Below, in pieces: positions 23,196 through 37,714 of a DNA stretch of 64,000 nt. Source of the stretch: Octopus bimaculoides (taxonomy: Eukaryota). The stretch's first letter is position 1, and each line of letters starts with the position of its first letter. The stretch lies in contig NC_069006.1 of NCBI RefSeq assembly GCF_001194135.2, forward strand, positions 480,899 to 544,898, in the 5' to 3' direction. A model generated the notes under the pieces. It did no database searches and was not told where the DNA came from. It saw nothing but the letters and a program-made list of their open reading frames with translations. The position numbers and the translations under genes are program-made.

Positions 23196-23539
23196 ACATA
23201 TATATTTATACATGCACACATACACCTATATAACTATAGATATATATATGTATAGACACACACACACACACACACACATTTATCTAACAAAAGGAAGACC
23301 ACGACAATTATATAAACTATATTGCGGAGTATAAATATTTGCATAAGGCTCATCGTTGTCTCGGACGTTGTTTAGATTTTCTCGCAAGATGCCTTCATTA
23401 AGATGATATCAAATATTGCTTATAATGTACAAGAAACCAGTATAACTCCAAGACTTCTACTGAAGATAGGAAAATCTATTGTGCATCATCTCTGCTTTGC
23501 ATTTTGTAATCTTTCTAAAGGTGAAGATCAAAACAAGGC

Positions 23540-23870
23540 TGTGGGATTAGGAAATTTGCTTTGCAACCACCTGGCTTCGAGTTCAGTCCCACAGCACGCA
23601 GAATCTTGAACAAGTATTTTCTACCGTTACTATGGCATGACCAAAGCCCTGTGAGTGAATATGATAGACGGAAACTGTAATGAAGCTTGTACATAAATAA
23701 ATATGTGCGTGGCAGCTGTTGTTGATTTGTCCCAGTAATCTAGCGATTCGGCAAAAGAGACCGATAGACTTTAAAATAAAATGAGTGCTGGTGTCCATTT
23801 GTTCGACTGAAACCTTCAAAGCGGTGTTCCAGCATGGTCGCAGTCTAATGACTGAAACAAGCAAAAGGGT
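23540..23870 (+). mobile_element. SINE family A, near full length, diverged
   Basis: GAGTTCAGTCCCAC...GACGGAAACTG...TTCGGCAAAAGAGACCGATAGA...GACTGAAACAAGC. Confidence 0.8.
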
Positions 23871-24524
23871 AAAAATTATATGGTACCCAATTCTATCGAT
23901 GGTAAAATGTGCAGCATATTGGATCAACAAGAAGGAAAGAATAGTAGTGCTGGCATGCTTCGTTATCTGATGTTCTAGGGAACATGAACAATCAATATAT
24001 TTGGCAATGCTGTATGAACTAATCTCCCGAAATGTCAGTGTCTCGATACATGAATGTCCCTTGTAATAAATCCTATATATTATCCGTATATTGTCCGTAA
24101 ATACGTTTACACATACACGGATATACAGAGACCCACACACATATACGTGCAGGTACAAAGAGACATATACATACAACAATTAATTTTAGATTTGAAACTT
24201 GTATCTCGTCGACAGTTTTCCCGTCCAGCTATAGTAACAAAAGAGTATCTTCTTCACTAGAGGTCAGTGTGACCTCGGAGGAGATTGTGGAAATACAAAG
24301 AAACAGCAAACCACCTGCAAGATCCGAATCTAAATTAATATCTATATACTGTGTATGTAAATGTATGAAGTTTATGGTCCTCCAAACCAAGAGAAAACAC
24401 ACCGCGTAGCGACTCATGCAGACTGAGTTTCAAATAGAATTCAAATAGAATTCTACATTTCTTCGCTTAACTTCAAATCCCGCTATTGTCTTGTTCACAG
24501 GAATCTATCTCTCTGTGTATCTAG

Positions 24525-24567
<43 letters not shown>

Positions 24568-24693
24568 ACAAATAGATGTACATCATGAACAATACAGAGC
24601 ATATTGGTTTTTCACGCTTACCAAAGTATATATGTATGTTCATATATGCGCACGCTCATATACATATATACTTGTGTGTGTGTGTATACATAC

Positions 24694-24732
<39 letters not shown>

Positions 24733-24823
24733 AATATATATAAGACATTCATAAAAGCATAAAAGAATGTATCAAGAATATTAGATTATATACATGAACT
24801 TCTTTTGCGTATTNNNNNNNNNN

Positions 24824-24877
<54 letters not shown>

Positions 24878-25098
24878 GGAAGTGAGAGAAAGAAAAAGGG
24901 CTATGAGCTGATGATAGATCTATCAAAACGATTATCGATCTCTTGATATATTTACACACCATTTTGTTTCTTTTAATCAATCATCGAAGTCTCCTCATCC
25001 GCTACGTTAACCACCACTATAGATAGACACGAACCACTAACATCTATCTATCTATCTATCTATCTATCGATATATTGATATTTACCACACTCACACAC

Positions 25099-25133
<35 letters not shown>

Positions 25134-25211
25134 CACGTGTATTTATATACATACTTGCATATATAAATATATTTGTATGTGTAAAAAACATTGCAGTCTA
25201 TATGTACACGC

Positions 25212-25244
<33 letters not shown>

Positions 25245-25853
25245 CGCACACACATACATTCCTGTATACACGTGTACACAGACACACGCACACACAACAC
25301 ACATTTGAAATTCCTTCTTTATTTTTCCGTTTTTCCCCACATATTTTGTTTGTCCGTGCAATTCTTCTCCCTGACAACTCTCCATGTCTCACCCATTCCC
25401 ACTTCCCCGTTTTTTCTTTCTTCCTCTCTATCTCCCATAAACACCTACCATCAACAACAACAACAACAACAACAACAGCCATAACAATAACAATAACAAC
25501 AACAATACTCACTGGTTCCACATAATAAACATTGTCTTGTCCATTGGATGTATCGATGGAGCATGAAATCGTCTCACTCCACTGAACAGCTTGATCGATC
25601 CATTTACTATACACACATAAAGACATACGTATGTATGGCGTGCATATATACATACATATATATATACAACTAGCGATATATTCATACATATATTTATATA
25701 TATATACTGAATCTATAATACAATGGAATCTACAGTATATACATATGTATAGATGTATATGAATACGTGTATATATGAAATAAATATATTACACACACAC
25801 ATGTATATATTATATATAAATATAGATATAGATATACAGATATATACCTAGGC

Positions 25854-25908
<55 letters not shown>

Positions 25909-26074
25909 GTATATTATGCGTGTATGTGCTTATGAGTGAAAATGACAGAAATAGAGAGAGGGAGACATACATACAAGTCAATATAAGAAATATATTTTTA
26001 TTAACTAATACGAGTTATTAGTTTATTATTATTAGTATTAACTAATACTTAATGTGTATAAGTATATATATGTA

Positions 26075-26595
26075 CAAGATGGTATCAAAAATTTCCCGGA
26101 TTAGTTTTGTAGCGCGCCAACAGATGGCAGCACACGATTGCGTGCGCACCGAGAGCTAGCAGTGATCTTCATGAGGTATTGTGCAAAGTAACATCGTTGT
26201 GTTTACTTTGCAAGTTATGAAATTTGTGTTTTTGTGATCACGTATATACTGTAGTCTGCAATTCTGTCATGGACAGGAATTTGGAACAAAATGCCAACGT
26301 GAAATTTTGCCTTAAACTTGGGAATTCTGCTACAGAGAAACATTAGGGATTCTTCAGTGAACTTTCTGCGACGAAGCAGCAGTCATCACAATGGGAGAGG
26401 CCTTCATCTCCACGACTGGGGAAGGCACGACAGAGCCGCGGCATCGGGAATCGAGAATTTGTCCCCCAGGGCCAGACTGTCAACTGAGAGTCCAACTGCA
26501 TCGTTTTGAAGCGTTTGAGGGAGGACATTCAGTGAAAACGACCGGATCTGTGGAGGGCAAAGAATTTTGGATTCTTCACGACGACAATGCACAAC
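26075..26595 (+). mobile_element. second mariner lineage (irritans-like), internally deleted 5' portion
   Basis: TA|CAAGATGGTATCAAAAATTTCCCGGA TIR-like start; MDRNLEQNANVKFCLKLGNSATE from 26269; later REFVPQGQTVN, VLKRLREDIQ*KRPDLW, ILHDDNA. Confidence 0.85.
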
Positions 26596-26612
26596 CTAGT
26601 GATTTACAACAG

Positions 26613-26653
<41 letters not shown>

Positions 26654-27679
26654 NNNNNNNNNNNNNNNNNNNNNNNNNNNNNNNNNNNNNNNNNNNNNNN
26701 NNNNNNNNNNNNNNNNNNNNNNNNNNNNNNNNNNNNNNNNNNNNNNNNNNNNNNNNNNNNNNNNNNNNNNNNNNNNNNNNNNNNNNNNNNNNNNNNNNNN
26801 NNNNNNNNNNNNNNNNNNNNNNNNNNNNNNNNNNNNNNNNNNNNNNNNNNNNNNNNNNNNNNNNNNNNNNNNNNNNNNNNNNNNNNNNNNNNNNNNNNNN
26901 NNNNNNNNNNNNNNNNNNNNNNNNNNNNNNNNNNNNNNNNNNNNNNNNNNNNNNNNNNNNNNNNNNNNNNNNNNNNNNNNNNNNNNNNNNNNNNNNNNNN
27001 NNNNNNNNNNNNNNNNNNNNNNNNNNNNNNNNNNNNNNNNNNNNNNNNNNNNNNNNNNNNNNNNNNNNNNNNNNNNNNNNNNNNNNNNNNNNNNNNNNNN
27101 NNNNNNNNNNNNNNNNNNNNNNNNNNNNNNNNNNNNNNNNNNNNNNNNNNNNNNNNNNNNNNNNNNNNNNNNNNNNNNNNNNNNNNNNNNNNNNNNNNNN
27201 NNNNNNNNNNNNNNNNNNNNNNNNNNNNNNNNNNNNNNNNNNNNNNNNNNNNNNNNNNNNNNNNNNNNNNNNNNNNNNNNNNNNNNNNNNNNNNNNNNNN
27301 NNNNNNNNNNNNNNNNNNNNNNNNNNNNNNNNNNNNNNNNNNNNNNNNNNNNNNNNNNNNNNNNNNNNNNNNNNNNNNNNNNNNNNNNNNNNNNNNNNNN
27401 NNNNNNNNNNNNNNNNNNNNNNNNNNNNNNNNNNNNNNNNNNNNNNNNNNNNNNNNNNNNNNNNNNNNNNNNNNNNNNNNNNNNNNNNNNNNNNNNNNNN
27501 NNNNNNNNNNNNNNNNNNNNNNNNNNNNNNNNNNNNNNNNNNNNNNNNNNNNNNNNNNNNNNNNNNNNNNNNNNNNNNNNNNNNNNNNNNNNNNNNNNNN
27601 NNNNNNNNNNNNNNNNNNNNNNNNNNNNCCACAAATTAAAAAAAAAGTATATGTGTGTGAGTGTACGTATTTATATATC

Positions 27680-27726
<47 letters not shown>

Positions 27727-27739
27727 GCGTATGTTTATC

Positions 27740-27930
27740 TTCCCATAACGCTTAACAACCACTGCTTGCTTGTTTACGTTCGCGTAACTGAGTGGTTCGG
27801 CAAAAAAAAACCGATAGAATAAGTACCCGGCTTAAACAGCAACTGGTGTTGATTTGTTCGACTAAAACCTTTTAAGGCAATGCCCTAGCATGGTCACAGT
27901 CCAGTGACTGAAACAAGCAAATGATAAAAG
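27740..27930 (+). mobile_element. SINE family A tail half
   Basis: Follows (GT)n after a gap; GGTTCGGCAAAA...CCGATAGAATAAGTAC...GACTGAAACAAGC. Confidence 0.8.
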
Positions 27931-27934
27931 ACTA

Positions 27935-28149
27935 TCTTTTCTAGTCTAGGCACAAGACCCGAAATTTTTAGGGAGGGGGCATGTTGATTAGACCGATCAC
28001 AGTATGCAATTGGTACTTAATTTATCGATCACGAAAGGATGAACGGTAAAGTCGGCCTCGGCGGAATTTGAACTCAGAACGTAAAGACAGACAAAATACC
28101 ACTAAGCATTTTGCCCGGCGTGCTAACGGTTCTGCCATCTCGCCGCCTT
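27935..28149 (-). mobile_element. SINE family B
   Basis: GGCGGAATTTGAACTCAGAACGTAAAGAC...CGTGCTAACGGTTCTGCCATCTCGCCGCCTT. Confidence 0.9.
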
Positions 28150-28713
28150 CTTGAGATGACATAATGCTGTGGAATTATCTGAGGTAAAATCTCTTAGACT
28201 TGATGCGTTAAAAAAATCACCTGAAGAATAATAGAGAATGGGAAATATTGGACGAGCGATGAAGTGAATCGACAGCTTCGACCGAAGAAATAATATAAAA
28301 TTCCTCCCTTTAGTCGTGAACATATCTGCATCTTTCTTTCTCTAATATATGTATATATGTATGTATATACATACGTATGTGTACGTGAGCGTGGAGATGA
28401 GGAGGAACGGGTGCGACAAACATGGGGACATGATAAATTCGAAACCGAGAAAGAAATACAAAATCAAACAACACGTTTGGAGTTTATTATGTAATAATGA
28501 TAGAGATTGGAAGCCAAGAAAGAAATCAAATCGATGCTCATCTCCCTTTTCCTCTGCAACTCTCTCTCTCTCTCTCCTAGTCTTTCTGTGTTTCAAACTA
28601 TTTCTATCTATCTGTCTAACTATATATATATATAAGATAGATAAATAAATATTACATAAATATGTGTGCGTGTAAACATAGAGGCACACATATATCTATA
28701 TGTGTGTGTGTGT

Positions 28714-28748
<35 letters not shown>

Positions 28749-29108
28749 TACAATCAGTCATATATCTACATATTTGTAGATATCTGTTTTTATCTATATG
28801 TATACAATCTTTTTTCATTTTCGTATGTAGGTAAGCTTATACATATCTATGCCTATATATTTTTACGCACATATATATATATATATATATATGCATGCAC
28901 ACACACACACACACACATATATACATATATATATATATACATACATATGTATGTATGTGTGTGTGTGTGTGTGTGTGTAAACATATAGGTATATATAGGT
29001 GTATGTATTGTATATAAATGTGTAGATACGATTATATATATATATACTGTGAATAGATTATATACAAATATTACAGGATTTTATCTTTTGTATACACACT
29101 CATCACTC

Positions 29109-29170
<62 letters not shown>

Positions 29171-30385
29171 TATATATATATGCACGCATATAATAAACGT
29201 GTATTATACATGTAGAAACATACATACGCAGACATACGCATTCACATTAAGCAATCCTACACAGTAGCTTACATACATGCAAATATATATATATATATAT
29301 ATATATATACAAACACACTCACCTATATACACACAGACACTTATATTTGACACGCACATGCGTATGTATGCATGAATACATATATACATTTTCTATGTCT
29401 ATACACACCCACACCCACACCCACACATATATACATACATACACACATGTAGCACTGAGAGATTTACCACATGTTTGTTAAGATATTGATGTCTTTGTTT
29501 AAAGATTATGGGCGAAATATCTTTTCATCTTTTCATGTTACTTTCCTTGTTATTACAGTTATTTATTATTACTGTATGTAGTTTTTTGTTTCTGCTGTTG
29601 TTGTTTTTGTTCTCATCGTATTAATGTTGTTGTTGTTGTGGTTATAGTTGTAAATGTTATTGTTGTTAATGATGTTGTTTTAGGCTACTTGAGTTATGGA
29701 TTTTCAAAATGGCTGCCTAGTTTGCTTTAATAGAGTGAATGGGCTGTATATCTTTAGTCGATTTAAGTAGATTTTGCTTTGTCATTCATTCATTTAATGG
29801 GATATGTATGTACGTGTGCTTGCATATATATANNNNNNNNNNNNNNNNNNNNNNNNNNNNNNNNNNNNNNNNNNNNNNNNNNNNNNNNNNNNNNNNNNNN
29901 NNNNNNNNNNNNNNNNNNNNNNNNNNNNNNNNNNNNNNNNNNNNNNNNNNNNNNNNNNNNNNNNNNNNNNNNNNNNNNNNNNNNNNNNNNNNNNNNNNNN
30001 NNNNNNNNNNNNNNNNNNNNNNNNNNNNNNNNNNNNNNNNNNNNNNNNNNNNNNNNNNNNNNNNNNNNNNNNNNNNNNNNNNNNNNNNNNNNNNNNNNNN
30101 NNNNNNNNNNNNNNNNNNNNNNNNNNNNNNNNNNNNNNNNNNNNNNNNNNNNNNNNNNNNNNNNNNNNNNNNNNNNNNNNNNNNNNNNNNNNNNNNNNNN
30201 NNNNNNNNNNNNNNNNNNNNNNNNNNNNNNNNNNNNNNNNNNNNNNNNNNNNNNNNNNNNNNNNNNNNNNNNNNNNNNNNNNNNNNNNNNNNNNNNNNNN
30301 NNNNNNNNNNNNNNNNNNNNNNNNNNNNNNNNNNNNNNNNNNNNNNNNNNNNNNNNNNNNNNNNNNNNNNNNNNNNNNNNNNNNN

Positions 30386-30386
<1 letters not shown>

Positions 30387-30419
<33 letters not shown>

Positions 30420-30695
30420 TATATATATATATATAATATATATACATATATAATATATATACATATAATATATATATATATATAATATATATACATATAA
30501 TATATATATATATATAATATATATAGATATATAATATATATAGATATATATATATATATACATATAATATATATATATATATATCTATATCTATCTCTAT
30601 CTATCTATCTATCTATCTATATATATATATATATATCTATATATATCTATATATATCTATATATATCTATATATCTATATCTATCTATATCTATA
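30387..30695. repeat. (TA)n/(TATC)n compound microsatellite
   Basis: Direct reading. Confidence 0.95.
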
Positions 30696-31134
30696 TTGGG
30701 AAGATCTTGATCACATGTGTAATTAACTTTTATATTTTTTTACTCGAAGTAAGTCAGGTAAGCTCCGTAGGTTGCTCCGAGGCGAAGGGTTGTTTGAAAT
30801 AGTTGAGATTTTCAGTCGTATATTTACAGTTTAAAAGCACCGTTGGTCGTTTTTGTTCAACAAATATTTAGTAAGTTACCTTATGCTATCATATTGAAAA
30901 AGTATCTTAACAACAATACTTTGTGGCAGCGTCCTCTATGCTAAATACAAATACGATAGGCCACTTCACTATGAGACTGATATCGAATCTAAAAACTTCG
31001 ATCAATTACAATTATCAAAGCGTTTAGTAGATAAAACTCCCCTTAGTGGTGTTTAAAATCTAAAAAGACCACAGACAACGGAAGTAATGTCCAGGCAATG
31101 TCGTACGCCTCCACTCTTCCGTGAAACATATGTC

Positions 31135-31275
31135 CAGACATAGGAAAATAATACCGTGCTTGAAAACAGGTGAATGTTGGCTACAGGAAGGGCATCCGGC
31201 CGTAAAAAATCTGCCTCAACAAATTCCGTCTGACTCATGCTAGCATAGAAAAAGGGGACGTTAAACCATTAATGG
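31135..31275 (+). mobile_element. retroposon 3' tail with AGGAAGGGCATCC motif (family E)
   Basis: AGGAAGGGCATCCGGCCGTAAAAAATCTGCC...GGACGTTAAA; related to 37715-37905. Confidence 0.65.
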
Positions 31276-31563
31276 TGATAACGAAGAATGCAAACTGGAG
31301 TGAAACTGGTTGTCATAGTACCCGGCTTTCTGTAGCAGTTTCGAGTTCATGAGTGACTACAGTTGTCTATTTAGAAATACATTATGAAATAATGTATTTC
31401 TAATGAGACAAGTGTAGTCACTCATAAATAATTATGTAGCCTGGTTATGTAACAATGGAGTGTCTGCTCTGCTTAGTTTTCGGGTTGTCAGTAAGTTTTA
31501 AGTTAACAGACCTACGATCAAAGACGTTTCAGGCGTGACCATCCATTCCTAATATGCATATAT

Positions 31564-31772
31564 AAGGCGGCGAGCTGGCAGAAACGTTAGCACGCCTGGC
31601 GAAATGCTTAGCGGTATTTCGTCTGTCTTTACGTTCTGAGTTCAAATTCCACCGAGGTCGACTTTACCTTTCACCCTTTCGAGGTCGATAAATTAAGTAC
31701 CAGTTGCGTACTAGGGTCGATCTAATCGACTGGCCTCCTCCCCCCAAATTTCGGACCGTGTAGAAAAGAATA
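31564..31772 (+). mobile_element. SINE family B, well-preserved copy (tRNA head + Deu/Nin-like core)
   Basis: AAGGCGGCGAGCTGGCAGAAACGTTAGC (A-box), GAGTTCAAATTCC (B-box), CTTTCACCCTTTCGAGGTCGATAAATTAAGTACCAG. Confidence 0.92.
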
Positions 31773-31904
31773 TTAGGCATTTATTAGTCCTAATGAGCTC
31801 ATTATCTAATGCATTGCTGTTTTGTAAACGCAGGTCAGCTACGATAAAGTAAACTTCAGGTTAAAGACGTTCTAGATGCGACCATCCCGTCAAATATATT
31901 TTAT

Positions 31905-32237
31905 CCGTTTCAGTAACTGGACTGCTGCAATAATGAAGTCTCTTCTGGAAGGGTTTAGTCGAACAAATCGGCCATAGTTCTTATTTCTTTATAAAGACTG
32001 GTACTTATTTTATCAGTCTCTTTTGCCGAACCGCTCGGTTACGGATGCGTTAACAGACCAACACCGGTTGTCAAGCGGTATGGGGACCAAACACATACAC
32101 ACACATATCTCCATATATACGACAGGCTTCTTCCAGTTTCCGTCTACCAAATCCACTTAAAGGCATTGGTCAACGCGAGTTTAGAACAGTGAACCCGAAG
32201 CTCCGAGATTGCAAAGCGAGCTTCTAAACCACGCAAC
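31905..32237 (-). mobile_element. SINE family A, internally deleted
   Basis: Reverse-strand tail, microsatellite, CAGTTTCCGTCTACCAAATCCACT and head. Confidence 0.85.
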
Positions 32238-32489
32238 TCTGACTAAATGGTCCAATTTGTCCTATATTTTTTAGATGCTAAGTTGTAATTTAAAGGAAAT
32301 TTGGTTGCTATTTCTAACACTTTGTGCGTCCATATGAAAGCCCCCCCCCCCTGTGACTGCCACTGGTGGGTTTGGTTTCTCATTGCTGTTATTGTTTTTC
32401 TGTTGTTGCTCAAGTATATGCTGTTGTTGGCAGTGGATAATTTTATTGCTTCAACCGGTTATTTTTCTCGCTTTTGTCCCGGTCTGATG

Positions 32490-32990
32490 GCAGTCGACGT
32501 CGTCATCGTAGCAGTAGTAGTAGTAGTAACAGAAGAAGTAGAAGTAATAACAGTAGTAGTAGTAGTAGCTGCAACAATAGCACCACCATCATCAGCGTCA
32601 ACAAACCGCCAACTCACCACTTTTACCATCACTACCTACGTCACCACCACAGCCACCACTATAGCTTCTACTACCATCACAACCACTATTATTACTATTA
32701 TCATTACCACCACCATCATCATCACCTCCGCTGCCTACACCGCTGTCGCCACCCATCCCATCACGAACATCACCTCTTACTGCCACAACCATCACTAAAG
32801 TTACCACCACCACGGCCACAGGCGTAACCATTACGACCAATGTCACCTCCCACGACGACCACCACCACCTCAACGACGACAACAGCACTCCACTATTACC
32901 ACCACGATTACCGTACTCATACCACCACCGTTACTACCGCTACTTCCTTCACCACCACCACCACCACCACGATTACCACCACCTCCAGCT
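32490..32990. repeat. (AGT)n/(CAC/TAC)n trinucleotide block
   Basis: Direct reading. Confidence 0.9.
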
Positions 32991-34098
32991 GTGTCTAATG
33001 ATTATAGTATCCCAGCATGCTTCAGGTGACAATTCAGTTATTGGTTTCAAACAGGAAATTAAATGATCAATGAGTATTGTTCTAACATGTCTCAGTATCA
33101 AAGCTTGTAGTAGTCGTAGTAGCAGTAGTAGTAGTATTTGGGGGAGATGGTAGTGGTGGTTTATAAATTCATCAATTACAACACGAATAACCACATAACC
33201 ATACGTATATTCGCTAATGGCCACCTCACAAGGAAGTCTGTATGATATTAGTGTAGCGAAATAGCAGCTAAATTTTCCCCAAATCACATTCTGCACTTCG
33301 TTAATTCTAGGTAGATGTAGAAAAACAATCTTTCTTATAATGTCACTCTTTAGAAGAGTGGAATACAAAGAATAGAAAGAGACGCATATAAAGTGAGAGC
33401 CATGGATGTGTAAGGAGGGAGAGAGAGCAAAAGAGAGGGAGAGACAGACAGAAAGAGAAAGAGCTGGAACCGACGGTGATGATAGTAGCCTTACGTTTGT
33501 GTGACGTCAAACTGTTATTCTTTCCTCACCTTCAGTTCTCTGATTTTCCATCTTTCTTTATTGCTCTCTCTGAATTTATTTAGGATAGTGGAACAGAGAA
33601 AAACAGAAAATGAGACGCAGTCATGCAGATGGAGGTATAGACTGGTAGATTGAGAAACAGAGGTGGGAGAGTGATAGTGACGACGGTGGAAGATTTTCAC
33701 GTAAATAACAGATTGTTGAGAAACCCTTTTTTAGGAAAATAGCAATATAATTTACACTGAATTTATTTTCGGAAAGATTACGGTGTGGATTTTACACACA
33801 AACAAACACACAAAACATCACAGTGTAGTTATCTTTGTGAGTATATAAACCCACAAGCCTCACACGCTTGGTACTACAATAAGGTGCTGTTGCTAGCGTG
33901 TCTATCTTTCTTTTTCTCTTTTAATCCTGTCTTGGCACAAACCACAACATCACATCAACCTCAGTTATCTTTCATAACCTATCAACAATTTTTTAGAGAG
34001 TAAAATGGATTCAAATTTGGAAGTATAGCTGAGGTATATTTCACTTACAAGAACCCCCCCCCCCCCAAAAAGGACAAAAAAAAATAACCCCAGCTAAA

Positions 34099-34460
34099 AG
34101 TAACCCTGTGATATGCAATTGCTGAAACACAACATATAAAAACCTATTCAAGGTAATTACTTGCCTCCAAAGTTTGTTCTTATTGTTCCCCACCACCACC
34201 AAAAAAAAAAAAAAAAAAAAGGTTGCAGGCTGGCAAAATCTTAAGAGCGCAGGAAAAATATCCTTTGCTATGCTTGTTTTGATATTTTACGCTCTGAGAT
34301 CAAATCCTGCCGCGGCCAACTTTGCCTTTCATCCCACCTGTGTTGATAAGATATAGTAATTCACTGGAGTCAATAGTATCGATTAATTCCTTAGCCTTAT
34401 GCCAAAATCAGAATTCAGTGAGGTCAGTGAGCTGGCAGAATCGTTAGAACATCGAAAAAA
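34099..34460 (+). repeat. duplicated segment, copy 1 (unique flank + SINE B + SINE B head)
   Basis: Collinear with 36320-36670, starting AGTAACC(C/T)TGTGATATGCAATTGCTGAAACACAACATATAAAAACCTA. Confidence 0.92.
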
Positions 34461-34614
34461 AAACCCCAAAATAAACTGGCCAAATACACTATACCCTGGG
34501 CTAAAAGGATCCGGATGTGGATCTACTACGGATAAACCACATACACAGGTAAATGTGTGTATGTGGTTTATAACGAACAGAAACAATTGTACTCAATACA
34601 AAAGCGCTTTCTTC

Positions 34615-34994
34615 TTTTTCTTTTTACTTCTTTCAGTCATTGGAATGTGGTCATGCTGGGGCACCTGGATTTTGGACGAATAAATCGACACCAGTACTAA
34701 TTAGTTATCACGTTTACTACTTTGTCTATCGGACTCTTTTGCCAATCTGCTAAGTTACGGGCACGTAAACAAACCAGTACCAGTTCTGAAGCGGTGGTGG
34801 GAACAAACACAAACACACGCACTCATATATATACGACGGTCTTCCTCACGGTTTCTGTCTATCAAGTTCACTCACAAGGCATTGGTCGGTCCGAGACTTA
34901 AGTAAAAGATACTAACACAAGGTGCCATGCAGTGGAACTGAACCCGAAACCATATGGTAGCAAAGCAAGCTTCTTAACCACACGACCATGCCTG
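34615..34994 (-). mobile_element. SINE family A, full length
   Basis: TTTCAGTCATTGG...GGTGCCATGCAGTGGAACTGAACCC...CTTCTTAACCACACGACCATGCC. Confidence 0.88.
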
Positions 34995-35524
34995 AGTATT
35001 TTAATTATATTTATCCGAGTACTAATGATTTACGCTAGTACTCAGACTTTTAAGATTACTGGATGTTGTTCAGGATGTCGTTGCTGGTTTGTGAGGAAGA
35101 AAAAATTATCATGGCGTTGAGGCATCGCTGTTTTAAATAGAAGAATGTGTGTTTCTCTCTCTGCATGCATGTATGTATGTATATATGTATGTATATGTGT
35201 GCGCATGTATGTGTATGAATGTATGTATATGCATGTTTCTATATGTGTATATACGCATGTATGGATCATATGTGTGTGTATATACATGTATACATATGTC
35301 AGTATGTATGCGTATGTATTTATATATGTATGTTCGTACAAGTGAGTGCGTGTGTATATGTATCTGTGTATATATTTATATATGGCACACGTCTTACTTT
35401 CAATATACATAATCCATGAATCTAATCACAAAGAACACACACACACACAAACACACAAGCCCATACACACACCATATACACACGTACACACACGACAGTA
35501 ATCTGCCCACAAACGCACGAGATT

Positions 35525-35570
<46 letters not shown>

Positions 35571-35790
35571 GCAGACACGGGCAAAATCTAATCAGTATTT
35601 GACTATGTTACGTAAGCCGCTGTTCTATGTTGTTTAATGCTAACAGCCATTACTGATAAGATAGTGTGGAGTGTGTGCCATGGAAGGATGGGGAGAGACG
35701 AGAGAGAGAGAGAGGGGAGAAGAGGATACAAGCAACAAGACCTTGTTAACGTAATAAGTGTGTGCACGAGTGTGTAAGCGCATATGTATG

Positions 35791-35840
<50 letters not shown>

Positions 35841-36013
35841 TATACCACACACACAAATACATATGTACACACGAATATGTGTTCGTGCGTATGTACGTGT
35901 GCATACATTCACACTCACAATCACACACACACATATCTAGAGGGAGAGAGACGCAATGAGAAAGTATATATGTGTGTGTATATACATATATACGTATACA
36001 CATACACACACAC

Positions 36014-36060
<47 letters not shown>

Positions 36061-36069
36061 CACACACAC

Positions 36070-36106
<37 letters not shown>

Positions 36107-36319
36107 CACATACACACACACACACACAAACGCACACATATTATCCGGCATTGTGTGTATTTGTGTTGCTGGAAGATTAAGAGATTGTGTAGCTTACAGA
36201 GACATTTCAATTTTCTTCGTATTCTCAGTAAAAAAAATCTAATTCTTAAAAAAAAAAAGCAAAAAAAAAAAAAAAACCTAACTTACTTTTGTCTTTCATC
36301 TTTTAATTCGAATCGAACC

Positions 36320-36670
36320 AGTAACCTTGTGATATGCAATTGCTGAAACACAACATATAAAAACCTAATCAAGGTAATTACTTGCCATTAAATTTTGCTC
36401 TTATCGCTCCCCAACCCCACACAAAGGTTACAAGTTGGCAAAATCCTAAGGGCGTAAGAAAAATATCCTTTGCTATACTTGTTCTGACATTTTACGCTCT
36501 GAGATCAAATCCTGCTGCGGTTAACTTTTCCTTTCATCCCACCTGTGTCGATAAGATATAGTAACAATTAACTTGCTGGAGTCGATAGCATCGATTAACT
36601 CGTTGGCCTTATGCCAAAATCAGAAGTCACTGAGTTGGTGAACCGGCAGAATCATTAAAACATCGGAAAA
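36320..36670 (+). repeat. duplicated segment, copy 2
   Basis: Collinear with 34099-34460 at an offset of about 2.2 kb. Confidence 0.92.
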
Positions 36671-37125
36671 AAAAAAAAAGATTTTTTTTTTGTTTCGATG
36701 TTTATTCCGGTTCTTTACTTTCCGAGTTCAAATCCTACCATGGTCAATTTTGCATTTTCGTTTCCCTACGGAGTCGTGAGATAAAGTAACAGTCAAGTTC
36801 TAGGCCAAAGTCATCGACTTTGGCCCCTCCCCTCAAAATTTCTGGTTTTGTGCCAAAATTGAATTATTATCGTTGTCTAAATATGGCGAGCTGGTAGAAT
36901 CGTTACAGCGTCGGAGAAAAAAAAACTGACATTTCTNNNNNNNNNNNNGGATAAAGTAAAGTACTAGTTAAAGTACCGGCGTTGATGGTATCGACTAACC
37001 TGCTGCCCTCAAAATTGCTGGTCTTGTGCCTAAAATCAAAAGCCATTAAGGAGGCGCACGAGCGGAATCGTTAGAGCCTCGGCATCTGTTCTCGAGTTTT
37101 GCGTTGTGAGTTCAAATCAGTCAAC
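36640..37125 (+). mobile_element. head-to-tail chain of SINE family B copies
   Basis: Successive heads at about 36640, 36884 and 37050 with cores and tails between them. Confidence 0.75.
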
Positions 37126-37129
37126 CAAA

Positions 37130-37206
37130 TTCACTCGTAAGACACTAGTCCACCAAGGGCTATAATAAAAGACGCTGCAAAGTGAGTCTCTTAACCACAC
37201 TGCTAG
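37130..37206 (-). mobile_element. SINE family A head fragment
   Basis: AAATTCACTCGTAAGACACT...GGGCTATAATAAAAGAC...TCTTAACCACAC. Confidence 0.5.
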
Positions 37207-37714
37207 GCCTGCGCCTTCTTCACTCCCGTTTGCATCTCGTTCATTTCTCGGCCAATCTCATTTCTCTCATTTTGTCTTCTCTCTTGTTTTCCTACTTCGT
37301 TTTCCAATTTTCTTTATTTTGCTACGCAGTCTTCTATCCTTTCCTGGATTTAAGCTTTCTTCCCATTTGCCATTCTTAACACGAGTAAATTCACCAACGT
37401 ATTTTTCTTCCAATCATTTTGTGTCGTTTTGGTTTTTTTAAAGTTTAGATAGTTACAAGCTATATTTCATCTCTGCTTCAGAGTAATTCGATACTCTGAG
37501 GAGACAAACATTAAGATCACTTCGCAAATATCGATTTATCTATCAAAAACACATTCTCTCTACACTGGCTGCACACAAAGAGACACAAACACATGTATTA
37601 ACCATAACCGCCATTCGCAGTTCCCTCTCAGTATCACCCACCTCTTAGTCGAAGGGACTTGTTCCTTTTACATTTTCCCTGCTCTTTCTCGTCTTCTAAG
37701 TTACTTGGCAACCT

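Noticed and set aside
30696-31020. Possible mariner-like end (TATTGGG start, GGCAGCGTCCTCTA motif)
   Set aside because: No partner TIR and no transposase motif; too weak to call
33584-33634. Possible 51-nt exon (polypyrimidine tract-AG ... GAG|GTATAG)
   Set aside because: Only one frame is open, the peptide is unrecognisable and there are no partner exons; expected by chance
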